Source of the DNA: an uncultured bacterium
GTDB taxonomy: Bacteria > Patescibacteriota > Minisyncoccia > UBA6257 > 2-01-FULL-56-20
Assembly: GCA_963705915.1 (NCBI GenBank)
Contig: OY970126.1
Coordinates: 408,616-472,615 of the forward strand
Length of the DNA stretch: 64,000 nucleotides
Direction: 5' to 3'
In this document: positions 53,539 to 63,742 of the stretch, one piece after another
How positions within the stretch are numbered: the first letter of the stretch is position 1
Layout of the letters: every line of letters starts with the position of its first letter
Notes under the pieces: model-generated
What the model saw: the letters and a program-made list of their open reading frames with translations, nothing else
What the model was told of the DNA's origin: nothing
Database searches by the model: none
Made by a program: the position numbers and the translations under genes

Positions 53539-54624
53539 ATGAAATTACTCGCCATCGAAACATCGTGCGACGAGACGGGTCTCGCACTCCTCGACGTCCG
53601 CGGCGGCGTTCGCACGCCACGATTTCGAGTTTTAGAAAACCTCGTCGCTTCGCAGATAACCATACACCGGCCGTTCGGCGGCGTGGTGCCCAATCTCGCA
53701 AAGCGCGAGCATCTCAAAAATTTGCCGGTGCTCTATAAGAAGATGTTCGGAACGGCGGGCGGCTCAAAAGAAAAGAAATTGTGGCAGTCAATCAATCTCA
53801 TCACCGTGACCGTTGGACCGGGGCTTGAGCCGGCGCTTTGGACCGGCATCGAATTTGCAAAAGTGCTCGCGCGTGCTCACAAAAAGCCGCTTGTCGGCGC
53901 GAATCATCTCGAGGGTCATTTCTATAGTTTTCTCTTGTCGGCACCAGCCAAAACCACAAAAAAATCTAGCGCAGCATTATCGCCCAAAAAAATATTTCCC
54001 GCGATCGCGCTTATCGTTTCCGGCGGTCACACGATCATCCTCGACGTGAAATCATTTTCAACATGGAAACGCCTCGGCGAAACGCGCGACGATGCCGCCG
54101 GTGAAGCATTCGATAAAGTGGCACGCTTACTCAGTCTCCCCTATCCGGGCGGGCCGGAAATAGAAAAACTGGCCGCCGAGGGTCCGGCAACCGCAATCAA
54201 TTTCCCGCGTCCGATGCTCAATGATAAAAGTTTTGACTTCAGCTTCTCCGGACTCAAAACCGCCGTGCTCTATTATCTGCGCGACCATCGCTTTGAAAAA
54301 CTTTCCAAAAACGTGCGGAAAAAGATGCAGCGCGATGTTGCGGCGAGTTTCCAAGCGGCAGCCCTCGATGTTCTCGTTGCAAAGACCATGCGAGCCGCGG
54401 ACGCTCGAGACGCACGATCCATCATCCTCTGCGGCGGCGTTGCGGCGAACCACGCGCTTCGAACCCGCCTCGCGGATGAAAGCAGAAAATACGGCCTGCA
54501 ATTTTTTGTACCTTCGTTTGTTTATAATTTGGATAACGCCGCCATGATCGGCGCCTCAGGCGCGATGGCGTATTGGCGAAAAAAGCGCTACTCGCTTCGG
54601 GCGCAAGGAGATCTTGACATTTGA
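53539..54624 (+). CDS. tsaD: tRNA N6-adenosine threonylcarbamoyltransferase TsaD (Kae1/YgjD family)
   Basis: MKLLAIETSCDETGLALLD, GGVAANHALR, metal-binding HxxxH context (NHLEGHFYS); 361 aa; TGCTACACT extended -10 7 nt upstream. Confidence 0.9.
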   Translation: MKLLAIETSCDETGLALLDVRGGVRTPRFRVLENLVASQITIHRPFGGVVPNLAKREHLKNLPVLYKKMFGTAGGSKEKKLWQSINLITVTVGPGLEPALWTGIEFAKVLARAHKKPLVGANHLEGHFYSFLLSAPAKTTKKSSAALSPKKIFPAIALIVSGGHTIILDVKSFSTWKRLGETRDDAAGEAFDKVARLLSLPYPGGPEIEKLAAEGPATAINFPRPMLNDKSFDFSFSGLKTAVLYYLRDHRFEKLSKNVRKKMQRDVAASFQAAALDVLVAKTMRAADARDARSIILCGGVAANHALRTRLADESRKYGLQFFVPSFVYNLDNAAMIGASGAMAYWRKKRYSLRAQGDLDI

Positions 54625-54662
54625 TGGATTCAGGGCGATGGTAAATTCAGTACGGAGGCTTT

Positions 54663-55250
54663 ATGCTTGCTGCATTTTACGCTTATCCCAAAAAACATGA
54701 AATCCGCGTTCTCTATCCTGATCGCCACCAAAACCATCCCCCGTGTTGGGATACGGTATACTCCGACCCCCAAGAATTTTTCCGTCTTGAAAAGCTTGGG
54801 ACGTTCCACGCCGTAGAAATTCACGATACCGACGCCGTTCTTGGCTGGCAACGCCCAGGGAAAGAGCTGGAGTGTTTCACCATACCGTTGGGCTATGCTT
54901 TGACCATCATTTCTGCAAAGAAATATGAGCTCTATCCTCTTGACTGTTGGGGTATGCTCGATGGAAAGCCCCAATGGCACCTCGTATTGGCGATGGCACC
55001 GACCGCCTTCGACCGCATCCTCGAGGCCCTCATGCCGCTCCAAGTCGGCACAGAGAAAGAACTTTTCCATGAGTCCAACCGGGAAATCGTCCGCAGACTC
55101 GTCAAGAGAATGGGCTACCTCCTCGAAGCTGCACGCAACCTTGAATCTCTGCCGATGGAGCAGGAAGAAGAATGGCAAGAGCTCCGCGCCAAGGCAACGC
55201 CTTTCCTGAAAATTGTTTGGGATTGCAGGTTCGTCGCGAAAGAACGATGA
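54663..55250 (+). CDS. Hypothetical protein (195 aa)
   Basis: 38 nt downstream of tsaD, followed by strong terminator; no recognisable domain. Confidence 0.45.
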   Translation: MLAAFYAYPKKHEIRVLYPDRHQNHPPCWDTVYSDPQEFFRLEKLGTFHAVEIHDTDAVLGWQRPGKELECFTIPLGYALTIISAKKYELYPLDCWGMLDGKPQWHLVLAMAPTAFDRILEALMPLQVGTEKELFHESNREIVRRLVKRMGYLLEAARNLESLPMEQEEEWQELRAKATPFLKIVWDCRFVAKER

Positions 55251-55267
55251 CAGCCTTAAGAAATCTT

Positions 55268-55298
55268 CCGCCTCACGCTGAGTGAGGCGGTTTTTTAT
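55268..55298 (+). terminator. Rho-independent terminator
   Basis: CCGCCTCAC-GCTGA-GTGAGGCGG (9-bp stem) + TTTTTTATT. Confidence 0.65.
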
Positions 55299-55301
55299 TG
55301 C

Positions 55302-56474
55302 TCACAACTTTCCCGCTTTTATTTTTTCGCGGATTTTTTCCACGTACGCATTGAAGAAATAAAGATTATGGAAGGTGAGCAGTGCGCCTCCGGAAATTTC
55401 TTTTGCGCGCACAAGGTGGGCGATGTAATTCCGGCGATACTGCCCACAAATCATGCAATCGCATGTGCGGTCGATTGGGTTTTTATCTTTGAGAAGCGAT
55501 GCGCTCCGAAAATTCACCGGACCCTTGCTTGTGAATGCAACGCCGCGGCGGGCATAGTGCGTTGGCACCGTGCAATCAAACGTGTCGACGCCGCTTTTTA
55601 TGATGGGCTCAATATCCTCAATCTTGCCGATGCCAAGCAAGTGCCTCGATTTCCGCTCATCAAGAAGCGGCAACGTCCACCGCAGAATAGTTTGCGTGCC
55701 GGTTTTCGAATCGCCAAGATCGCCGCCGATGCCAAACCCGTCAAAATCGAGCTGGTTCACAAACCGCGCGCTTTCCTTCCGGAGATCTTCATAAAACGAT
55801 CCTTGTATAATGCCATACAGCGCTTGCTTGGTGCGTCGCGCGTCGAGCGATTCTTTTGCCCATCGGTTCGTGCGGTTTAATGAAATTTTCATATATTCGT
55901 GGGTCACCTTCGGCGGCGTGCATTCATCGAACGCAAACATGATATCGGCGCCGAGCGCCTCCTGGATTTTTATCGAAGTTTTGGGGTTGAGAAATAATTT
56001 CTCGCCGGTAAGCGGCGACGCGAAGTGCACGCCGTCGTCCGTGATCTTCAAAAATCTTGGCTGCTCCCCTTTTCCAACGATACGGGCTTTTGCCGCGGCG
56101 TTCTCAAATTTATCGCCGTACGCCGGTTCGTGTTTCGTCACTTTTCCAACGCCCAAGTCGCGGCCGAACCCAAGACTGAAAACCTGAAAACCGCCCGAGT
56201 CCGTCATCATCGGCTTTGGCCAGTTCATAAAAGTGTGCAGGCCGCCCGCATCTTTTACAATTTTTTCGCCGGGTATCAGGTGGAGATGATAGGTGTTCGA
56301 AATGACGATCTGCGTCTTTGTTGCTGCAACCTCATCGCTCCTCAATGCTTTTATGGCCGCGAGCGTTGCCACCGGCACAAGCGACGGAGTCTCCACTTCG
56401 CCATGCGGCGTCTTCAAAACACCGAGACGCGCCCGGCTCTTTTGTGATTTTTTTACAACGCGAAACGAAATCAT
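55302..56474 (-). CDS. tgt: Queuine tRNA-ribosyltransferase
   Basis: TDSGGFQVFSLG, catalytic Asp contexts, C-terminal zinc site CDCMICGQYRRNYIAHL. Confidence 0.92.
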   Translation of the reverse strand: MISFRVVKKSQKSRARLGVLKTPHGEVETPSLVPVATLAAIKALRSDEVAATKTQIVISNTYHLHLIPGEKIVKDAGGLHTFMNWPKPMMTDSGGFQVFSLGFGRDLGVGKVTKHEPAYGDKFENAAAKARIVGKGEQPRFLKITDDGVHFASPLTGEKLFLNPKTSIKIQEALGADIMFAFDECTPPKVTHEYMKISLNRTNRWAKESLDARRTKQALYGIIQGSFYEDLRKESARFVNQLDFDGFGIGGDLGDSKTGTQTILRWTLPLLDERKSRHLLGIGKIEDIEPIIKSGVDTFDCTVPTHYARRGVAFTSKGPVNFRSASLLKDKNPIDRTCDCMICGQYRRNYIAHLVRAKEISGGALLTFHNLYFFNAYVEKIREKIKAGKL

Positions 56475-56570
56475 GGAATGTTCCTATTGTATCATCGAAG
56501 CACCATCAAAAAAACCGGGCGAGCAATGTCGTCCGGTCTTTTTATAAACCAATGACGGTTCGTATGGCGC

Positions 56571-56849
56571 TTACGGAGTTGCCGTAGTCGACGGGGTAGC
56601 CGTCGGGCTTGGCATGGTCGTCATGCTGGGCATCGTCCTATACCGCATCATCGGATAATACTGACCGCCACCATATCCTCCACGCACGATCTCGCGAAGT
56701 TCGCCGAGTTTAACGCCGAACCAGAAAACGAGGATAAGGATGATAATGCCGATAAGCAACCGGAACAACATATGTCCGTGATGCCAGCCACACATGCACG
56801 TCCCGTTGCCGTCGCATCCGCAGACACATTTTTTGCGTTCTTCAGCCAT
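56571..56849 (-). CDS. Small Cys/His-rich membrane protein (92 aa): CxCGCDGNGTCxCGWHHGH motif + TM + Gly/Tyr/Pro/Thr-rich tail
   Basis: Start ATG 56849 (MAEERKKCVCGCDGNGTCMCGWHHGHMLFRLLIGIIILILVFWFGV...); upstream part of track ORF would overlap valS. Confidence 0.4.
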   Translation of the reverse strand: MAEERKKCVCGCDGNGTCMCGWHHGHMLFRLLIGIIILILVFWFGVKLGELREIVRGGYGGGQYYPMMRYRTMPSMTTMPSPTATPSTTATP

Positions 56850-56894
56850 AGGGAAAAATAAATGTAAGGTCGCGACCTTTTCTTTTATGATACC

Positions 56895-59060
56895 ATGGAA
56901 ACTATGGAATCCCGCTACGATATCCGTGAAGTCGAGGAAAGGATCTACCGGGCCTGGGAGGAATCGGGGGTTTTCAACCCCGATGTTTGTGTCGAAAAGG
57001 GCATCACGCCGCGCGACGCAAAACCATTTTCCATCATTCTTCCCCCACCGAATGTGACGGGTGAATTGCATATGGGACATGCAGCGATGCTCGCAATCGA
57101 AGACATCATGGTCCGCTATGCGCGCATGCAGGGCAAGCGCACGCTCTGGGTTCCGGGCACCGACCACGCAGCGATCGCCACCCAATCAAAAGTTGAAAAA
57201 GAATTATTAAAAAAAGATAAAAAAACGAGGCACGATCTTGGCCGTGAAGCATTTTTGGAGCGCGTCCGTGCGTTTGCCCATGCGAGCCATGATACGATCG
57301 TGCGTCAGGTGAAGCGCCTCGGCGCATCGCTCGACTGGACCCGCGAAGCCTACACGCTCGACGCAACGCGCGAACGCGCTGTCCGCACCGCCTTCAAACA
57401 ACTCTACGATCTTGGCCTCATCTATCGCGGCAACCGGATCGTCAACTGGGATCCTGAGCTCCAGACGACGGTCTCGGATGATGAAATCGAGTGGGAAGAA
57501 GAAACGGTCCCCCTCTATTATTTAAAATACGGCCCGTTCACCATCGCAACCGCGCGTCCGGAAACGAAATTCGGCGATAAATATGTGGTGATGCATCCGG
57601 ACGACAAACGCTATGCATCATATAAAAACGGGCAAACCATAGAGCTCGAGTGGATCAACGGCCCGATAACGGCAACGGTCATCAAAGACTCCTCTATTGA
57701 TATGGCGTTTGGAACGGGCGTGATGACGATCACGCCGTGGCACGACGCAACCGACTTTGACATCGCGGAGCGCAACCATCTCGACATGGAGCAGATTATC
57801 GATCTCAAAGGCAAGCTGCTTCCCATCGCCGGAGATTTTGCCGGCGCACACATCAAGAAGGCCCGCGCCCTCATCGTTGAAAAACTAAAGAGCAAAAACC
57901 TCATCGAAAAAATCGATGAAAAATATGTGCATCGTATTGCAACCGACAGCCGCGGCGGTGGCGTGATTGAGCCGCAAATTTTGAAGCAGTGGTTTATCGC
58001 CGTGGACAAACAGTTTTCCCCCGCGCCGCACGGACACGCTTCAAAACACGGTAATGATTCTGTGACCTTGAAGCAGCTCATGAAATCGGCCGTTGAGGGT
58101 GGCTCGATTAAAATCCTTCCGGACCGCTTCGAAAAAATTTATTATAACTGGATCGAAAACCTCCACGATTGGTGCATCTCGCGGCAAATTTGGTTCGGGC
58201 ATCAGATTCCTGTTTGGTATAAAGGGGAAGAAACGTTCGTCGGCCTCGAATCGCCTGGCGACGGCTGGACGCAAGATCCGGACACGCTCGACACATGGTT
58301 TTCGTCGGGCCTCTGGCCATTCTCGGTTTTTAATTGGCCGAAAAAAACCGATGACCTCAAAACGTTTTTCCCGAACACCGTCCTAGAAACGGGCTATGAC
58401 ATCTTGTTCTTCTGGGTGGCACGCATGATCTTGATGTCCACGGCGCTCATGGGAGAAGTGCCGTTCAAAGAAGTGTACTTGCACGGCCTCGTGCGCGATG
58501 CAAAAGGGCAAAAAATGTCGAAGTCGCTCGGCAACGGCATCGATCCGCTCGCAATGGCGGACAAATACGGAGCGGACGCCACTCGCCTCTCGCTCATCAT
58601 CGGCGCCTCGGCCGGCAATGACATCAAACTCTCCGAAGACCGCATCCGCGGCTATCGGAACTTTTCAACGAAGATTTGGAATATCGCACGGTTCATACAA
58701 ATGAATAAGCCAGTCGATGGGATTGCGAGTGAAAGGAACCTTGCAAAAAATGAATATATACAAGAGCTCGCGGCGCTCAAAAAAGAAGTGACCACCCACA
58801 TCGATGAGTTCGAGTTCCATCTCGCTGCGGAAAAACTCTATCACTATATCTGGCACACCCTCGCCGACAAGATAATAGAAGAGCAAAAGGATAAGCTCCG
58901 CGACGGAACTGCCGAGGAAAAATCGGCAGCGTATGCGCTCCTTGAATCACTCCTCCTTGATTCACTAAAAATGCTGCATCCTTTTATGCCATTCATCACG
59001 GAAGAAATTTATCAAATCTTCCGCCCGGGCAGGATGCTCATGGTGGAGCGGTGGGAGTAA
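56895..59060 (+). CDS. valS: Valyl-tRNA synthetase (short form, 721 aa, no C-terminal coiled-coil)
   Basis: PPPNVTGELHMGHA (HIGH), editing domain, KMSKSLGN; anticodon-binding domain. Confidence 0.93.
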   Translation: METMESRYDIREVEERIYRAWEESGVFNPDVCVEKGITPRDAKPFSIILPPPNVTGELHMGHAAMLAIEDIMVRYARMQGKRTLWVPGTDHAAIATQSKVEKELLKKDKKTRHDLGREAFLERVRAFAHASHDTIVRQVKRLGASLDWTREAYTLDATRERAVRTAFKQLYDLGLIYRGNRIVNWDPELQTTVSDDEIEWEEETVPLYYLKYGPFTIATARPETKFGDKYVVMHPDDKRYASYKNGQTIELEWINGPITATVIKDSSIDMAFGTGVMTITPWHDATDFDIAERNHLDMEQIIDLKGKLLPIAGDFAGAHIKKARALIVEKLKSKNLIEKIDEKYVHRIATDSRGGGVIEPQILKQWFIAVDKQFSPAPHGHASKHGNDSVTLKQLMKSAVEGGSIKILPDRFEKIYYNWIENLHDWCISRQIWFGHQIPVWYKGEETFVGLESPGDGWTQDPDTLDTWFSSGLWPFSVFNWPKKTDDLKTFFPNTVLETGYDILFFWVARMILMSTALMGEVPFKEVYLHGLVRDAKGQKMSKSLGNGIDPLAMADKYGADATRLSLIIGASAGNDIKLSEDRIRGYRNFSTKIWNIARFIQMNKPVDGIASERNLAKNEYIQELAALKKEVTTHIDEFEFHLAAEKLYHYIWHTLADKIIEEQKDKLRDGTAEEKSAAYALLESLLLDSLKMLHPFMPFITEEIYQIFRPGRMLMVERWE

Positions 59061-59077
59061 TAAAAAACAGCCGAGCG

Positions 59078-60595
59078 TTATAGCTCGGCTGTGTAGAGTT
59101 GGGGCCGTCGGATGACGATGGTGTCATCGCGATCGGGACCAACTGATGCGATAGTTGCCCGAATGCCGGTTGCCGTCTCAAAAAACTTGATGAGGTTTTG
59201 CAGCGGCTCGGGTAATTGATGGAATGAGCGTAGGCCTCGGAGCGGGCCTTCCCAGCCAGGAAATGTCTGGTAGACCGGCTTGCAGTGGCGCATGACTTCA
59301 AGATCCGGAATCGCTACCTCAATCCGATCGCCGTCGCCGATTTTCTTTTCGCCATGCCAATAGTCAGGCCCTTGGTAAATGTATGCCGTGCAAACTTTTA
59401 CCTCGGGAATTCCATCAAGCACGTCGAGCTTGGTGAGGATCGCGTTATTGCCGGTGATTCGGGATGAGTACCGAAGCAACGGCAGGTCGAGCCATCCTGT
59501 TCGGCGTGGCCGGCCGGTCGTGGCGCCGTATTCATTGCCGATGCGGCGGACTGCGACGCCGAGCCTGTGTTCGTCGGTGTCGGTAATCGACACATCCGGA
59601 TAGCATTCAACTTCGCTCATGCGCGTTGCCCTGCGACACCACGCTTCAGAACCATTCCCGCCAAGTTCGGTGGGAAATGGTCCTTGCCCGACCCTCGTCA
59701 TGTAAAACGCTTTCACGATGCCGAGGGCAAGGTTGACGTCCGATTCAGAAAGGCCGACGCCCTTTGCAAGGCCGGCAACCGAACAATCGGACGAGGTGAC
59801 ATAGGGATAGGTTCCGTAGTCGACCGACAGCATGTTGCCTTGCGCGCCTTCAAGCAAAATATGCTTTCCGGCACGAAGGGCATCACGCATGATGACATCG
59901 GTATCCTTGATGAACTCCTTGAGCGTGTCGCCATATTCTATGACGTACTTATCCACGATCGAGTCTTCGTCAAAGATGTTCTTGGGGTGGAAAAATATAC
60001 CTCCTCCGAGAATTTCCTGTTCCATCACCGCACGAACGATTTCTGGATCGTAGGTTTTGAGCACGCGGATTTTCTCTTCAAGATTGCGATGGAGTTTCCT
60101 TCGAAACACATCGGGGTTTAAGAGATCGTTAACGACGAGGCCGAGTCGGGCAACGTGGTCAGTGTACACCGGCCCCATCCCCCGTCCTGTCGTCCCGATT
60201 TTATCCACATCCAGCGATTCGCGGACACGATCCAGCGCGATGTGTTGCGGCAGAACAAGCCGGGCGTTGAGCGATATGCCAAGCTTTCGCATCGAGATAT
60301 TGGCTTGGTCAAGCTCCATAAGTTCATTGATCACGATGCCTGGATCAACCGCGACACCGGAACCGATGATGTTTATTTTGTCATGAAGCATGCCCGACGG
60401 CAGGAGGTGGAACACAAATTCCCTATCTCCGCTCCGTATGGTATGCCCCGCATTCGCTCCGCCGGTGCCACGGGCAATGATGTCTGCCCAGTCAGCGGCG
60501 AAGTAATCGACGAACTTTCCCTTGCCGGTGTCGCCCCATTGAGTACACACGATAGCAAGCACGCGCAGCCCCACGAGGAATTCTTGGCTAAGCAT
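59078..60595 (-). CDS. purA: Adenylosuccinate synthetase (with lineage-specific insertions, 505 aa)
   Basis: QWGDTGKGKFVD P-loop, GANAGHT, GTTGRGMGP, GATTGRPRRTGWLD, TKLDVLDG motifs. Confidence 0.9.
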   Translation of the reverse strand: MLSQEFLVGLRVLAIVCTQWGDTGKGKFVDYFAADWADIIARGTGGANAGHTIRSGDREFVFHLLPSGMLHDKINIIGSGVAVDPGIVINELMELDQANISMRKLGISLNARLVLPQHIALDRVRESLDVDKIGTTGRGMGPVYTDHVARLGLVVNDLLNPDVFRRKLHRNLEEKIRVLKTYDPEIVRAVMEQEILGGGIFFHPKNIFDEDSIVDKYVIEYGDTLKEFIKDTDVIMRDALRAGKHILLEGAQGNMLSVDYGTYPYVTSSDCSVAGLAKGVGLSESDVNLALGIVKAFYMTRVGQGPFPTELGGNGSEAWCRRATRMSEVECYPDVSITDTDEHRLGVAVRRIGNEYGATTGRPRRTGWLDLPLLRYSSRITGNNAILTKLDVLDGIPEVKVCTAYIYQGPDYWHGEKKIGDGDRIEVAIPDLEVMRHCKPVYQTFPGWEGPLRGLRSFHQLPEPLQNLIKFFETATGIRATIASVGPDRDDTIVIRRPQLYTAEL

Positions 60596-62126
60596 GGGGA
60601 TTCACCTCCATTTCCCAATGATCGTGGACTTCTTCAACGTCGTGCGGATGCGATTCTCTCTGGCCAGCAACAGACATGACTCGGAACTCTGCCTTTTCCC
60701 ATAATTCCGGGATTGTTGCAGCACCTATCGATGCCATTCCGCCGCGAATTCCCCCAATGACTTCAAAAAGCACTTTCTTTAGTCCGCCTTTGTAGGGAAC
60801 CGCTCCGTCGAGGCCTTCGGGAACAATTTGTGACGGATTTGCCCCTGCTTGTCCGTAACGATCCCGCGAGCCAAGAGCGTCACTTATCGCGGCACGAGAT
60901 CCCATACCGCGATAAGCCTTATAGAGCTTGCCGCGATGTTTGATCATTTTGCCGGACGACTCATCCAAACCCGCGAACAGGTTTCCTGCCATAATGGAAC
61001 TCGCGCCCGCAGCGAGGGCCTTGATGACATCTGCGGATTTCACGATGCCGCCGTCAGCAACCACGGGAATTTCCGTAACTGCCAAACGATCAAGTTCACG
61101 CACAACATTAGCGATAGCCGTGAGCTGAGGGCAACCAACGCCGGTCACGTCCTGGGTCGTGCAAATAGATCCGGGACCTTGGCCGACTTTTATGCCATCG
61201 GCTCCAGCGTTCACGATCATGTCGACGACATCGGCCTCGGAGATATTTCCGAAAACGATGTCGACTTTTTTGCGTAGATTCTTTTTGAGCTCGCGAAGTG
61301 TTTTGATGGCAACTTCTGCATTCCCGCGGGCGACATCAATCACGAGAACATCCGCCTTGCCAGCAAGCAGCTCCGCTCGTTCGAAAGCGTCTCGACCGGT
61401 GCCGATGGCAGCACCGACGAGAAAGCGACCATTGCCGTCAACATTATAGAAGGCGGCGTCGGGTGATATGGTGGATTTGATATCTTTCAAAAGATACATC
61501 CCGGCGAACCGCTTGTCGTCATCAACGAGCGGCAGAACCGTTTTGTCTTCCTTGGTGAGAATATCTTCTGCTTCAGATGCCGTGATTGCCGGGCTGGCGG
61601 TGACAAGATCTTTTAAAGGACGCATCACATCGCGGGCGCGGCTCTCATGATTAGCGGATTTGCGAAAATTTCTTCCGGTCAAAAGCCCGAGGAGATTTCC
61701 GCGCTCGCCAAGAACGGGAAACGTTCGAAAGGTAAACTCTGGACGATGTCCCCTGCACATCTTTTCAATGGAAGCGATCGTCTCATCACCTCGAACGGTA
61801 ATCGGTTTCGCGATCATCCCCCAACGATAAAACTTCACCCGCTCAACCTCGATCACTTGGTCCTCGGGGCTGAGGTTACGATGGATGATGCCAAGTCCGC
61901 CGTGCTCGGCCATGGCGATAGCCATGCGAGACTCGGTAACGGTGTCCATGGCGGCACTCACCATGGGAATCTTCAACGGGACGTTCCGGGAGAACCTGGC
62001 TTCGAGAGAAATCTCATCCCCAGGTTGAAGCCGTGTGTAGCGGTCCGCGATGAGAACGTCATCGAAAACCACCCCACGGAACTCCCTCTCCATCTGCTCG
62101 AAAAAAGCCCTCATCAACCGATTCAT
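60588..62126 (-). CDS. guaB: Inosine-5'-monophosphate dehydrogenase
   Basis: TIM-barrel IMPDH motifs (GIGPGSICTT, catalytic Cys loop), tandem CBS pair; start at ATG 62126 preceded by GGAGGGAGG SD. Confidence 0.88.
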   Translation of the reverse strand: MNRLMRAFFEQMEREFRGVVFDDVLIADRYTRLQPGDEISLEARFSRNVPLKIPMVSAAMDTVTESRMAIAMAEHGGLGIIHRNLSPEDQVIEVERVKFYRWGMIAKPITVRGDETIASIEKMCRGHRPEFTFRTFPVLGERGNLLGLLTGRNFRKSANHESRARDVMRPLKDLVTASPAITASEAEDILTKEDKTVLPLVDDDKRFAGMYLLKDIKSTISPDAAFYNVDGNGRFLVGAAIGTGRDAFERAELLAGKADVLVIDVARGNAEVAIKTLRELKKNLRKKVDIVFGNISEADVVDMIVNAGADGIKVGQGPGSICTTQDVTGVGCPQLTAIANVVRELDRLAVTEIPVVADGGIVKSADVIKALAAGASSIMAGNLFAGLDESSGKMIKHRGKLYKAYRGMGSRAAISDALGSRDRYGQAGANPSQIVPEGLDGAVPYKGGLKKVLFEVIGGIRGGMASIGAATIPELWEKAEFRVMSVAGQRESHPHDVEEVHDHWEMEVNPHA

Positions 62127-62193
62127 CTGTTTTCCTTCCTCCCTCCGAAATATAGTGATGGTAAATAAGCTAGAAAAGCTATCTAAAATGTAA

Positions 62194-62913
62194 ATGTTTG
62201 TTACACTAAAAGCAATGGCCATCGTGGCGCTCATCGTCGGCCTCCTCCCCGGATTCGCCTGGCTCGTTTTTTATCTCGGCGAAGATCCGCATCCGGAACC
62301 GAAACGTCTCATCGCGCTCACGTTCGTCGTGGGTATCGCGTTCGGCTTTTTCACGATCGGCATCGAAGAAATTTTTAATGGCGTCGCGGCGCAGGTTGGT
62401 ATTCAGGAGCTTTCCATCCTGTCGCTCCTCGCGCTCGCCTGTATCGAAGAACTTATGAAATTTGCGGCGGCGCATTTTGTTATCGCGAAGAATCCAGAAT
62501 TCGACGAACCGGTCGACGCCATGATCTACATGGTCGTCGCCGCACTCGGCTTTGCGACGCTCGAGAATATCGGCGCCGTTGCGAATTTATCGGTCACGGG
62601 ATCACAAGGGGCGCTCATCGCAACAATCTTCCAAACCGCATCGCTGCGTTTTATCGGAGCCACCCTACTCCACTCGCTCACTTCGGCGATCGTCGGCTAT
62701 TATTGGGCGCTCGGCCTCGCGCGCAAACAGGTGAAGCGCTATTTGATTCCCGGATTCATCGCCGCCACCTGCATCCATGCCGCGTTCAATTATCTCGTCT
62801 TAAACTATGGCGACATCGCCTATGCTGTGATATTCTTATTGGTGATAGGATTTTTTGTATTGAATGATTTTGAGAAACTAAAGGCGCAACCGGTGGCGGT
62901 TACACAAAGCTGA
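62194..62913 (+). CDS. PrsW-family intramembrane metalloprotease
   Basis: Multi-TM with EExxK (ACIEELMKF), FATLEN and HxxxN-like (HSLTSAIVGYY, HAAFN) motifs. Confidence 0.7.
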   Translation: MFVTLKAMAIVALIVGLLPGFAWLVFYLGEDPHPEPKRLIALTFVVGIAFGFFTIGIEEIFNGVAAQVGIQELSILSLLALACIEELMKFAAAHFVIAKNPEFDEPVDAMIYMVVAALGFATLENIGAVANLSVTGSQGALIATIFQTASLRFIGATLLHSLTSAIVGYYWALGLARKQVKRYLIPGFIAATCIHAAFNYLVLNYGDIAYAVIFLLVIGFFVLNDFEKLKAQPVAVTQS

Positions 62914-62928
62914 TCATCACGAATTATC

Positions 62929-63441
62929 ATGGACCAAAACGACGAAAAATATTTTGAACATTTGGCGGGAGGAAACGTAAACGCCAATGCGGAAACCGAA
63001 GAAGAACCGGTGGAGGTGGAACTTGCGCGGGCGAACTCCGGCGTTTTGTCGTCGGCAAAGCCACGCATGAAGACCAAGCGCGACGCAAGCGACTGGGCAG
63101 ACGGCGAACCGGAAGGCCAGCTCACCGTCGACGTTTACCAGACGCCGACCGATATCGTCGTCGAATCAGCGATCGCGGGCATAAGCCCCGATGATCTCGA
63201 CATCACGGTGACGACCGATTCGATTTCGATCCGCGGCACCCGCGCCCGCGAGAAAAATGTGCGCGACGAAGATTATTTATACCAGGAATGTTATTGGGGC
63301 AGATTCGGCCGCTCTATTATTCTTCCGCAAGAGGTGGATCCGGAAAACGCCGAGGTCACGTTCAAAAATGGCATCCTCACCGTGCACCTTCCGAAGGCGA
63401 GCAAGAAAAAAACGCGGAAGCTCCAGGTGCGAGCGGACTAA
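62929..63441 (+). CDS. Hsp20/alpha-crystallin family small heat-shock protein
   Basis: GQLTVDVYQTPTDIVVESAIAG...DLDITV...ISIRGTR...YGRFGRSIILPQEVDPENAEVTFKNGILTVHLPK. Confidence 0.8.
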   Translation: MDQNDEKYFEHLAGGNVNANAETEEEPVEVELARANSGVLSSAKPRMKTKRDASDWADGEPEGQLTVDVYQTPTDIVVESAIAGISPDDLDITVTTDSISIRGTRAREKNVRDEDYLYQECYWGRFGRSIILPQEVDPENAEVTFKNGILTVHLPKASKKKTRKLQVRAD

Positions 63442-63501
63442 GCACAGAGACAGACGCCGCAGCTTGCAAGAGCTGCGGTCTTCCTATATACTTTGAAAAC
63501 T

Positions 63502-63735
63502 ATGAGAAAATGTGCACGATGTGGAAAGGGCTCTCAGATGCAAGGCGCGCGGCGCCTGCTTCGCGGCCACTATAATCCGGTGAACTGGTCACGCAAATAT
63601 CCAAACCTGCAATACGGCCGCCTCGACGGCAAGCGGACACTGCTTTGCACGCAATGCCTGAAGACGCTCCATAAGACGGCACACAGGGTGGTGAAGAAAG
63701 CTCCGGCGCAAGCTACCACGGCTGCGGCGGTATAA
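63502..63735 (+). CDS. rpmB: 50S ribosomal protein L28-like
   Basis: MRKCARCGKG...RKYPNLQ...LCTQC; Cys pairs and PNLQ motif resemble bL28. Confidence 0.5.
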   Translation: MRKCARCGKGSQMQGARRLLRGHYNPVNWSRKYPNLQYGRLDGKRTLLCTQCLKTLHKTAHRVVKKAPAQATTAAAV

Positions 63736-63742
63736 TCTCAAA

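Noticed and set aside
59567-60121. 184-aa plus-strand ORF and other 100-170 aa ORFs antisense to purA, guaB, valS, tgt, recG, leuS
   Set aside because: Each lies wholly inside a confidently identified gene on the opposite strand and lacks an SD or motifs.
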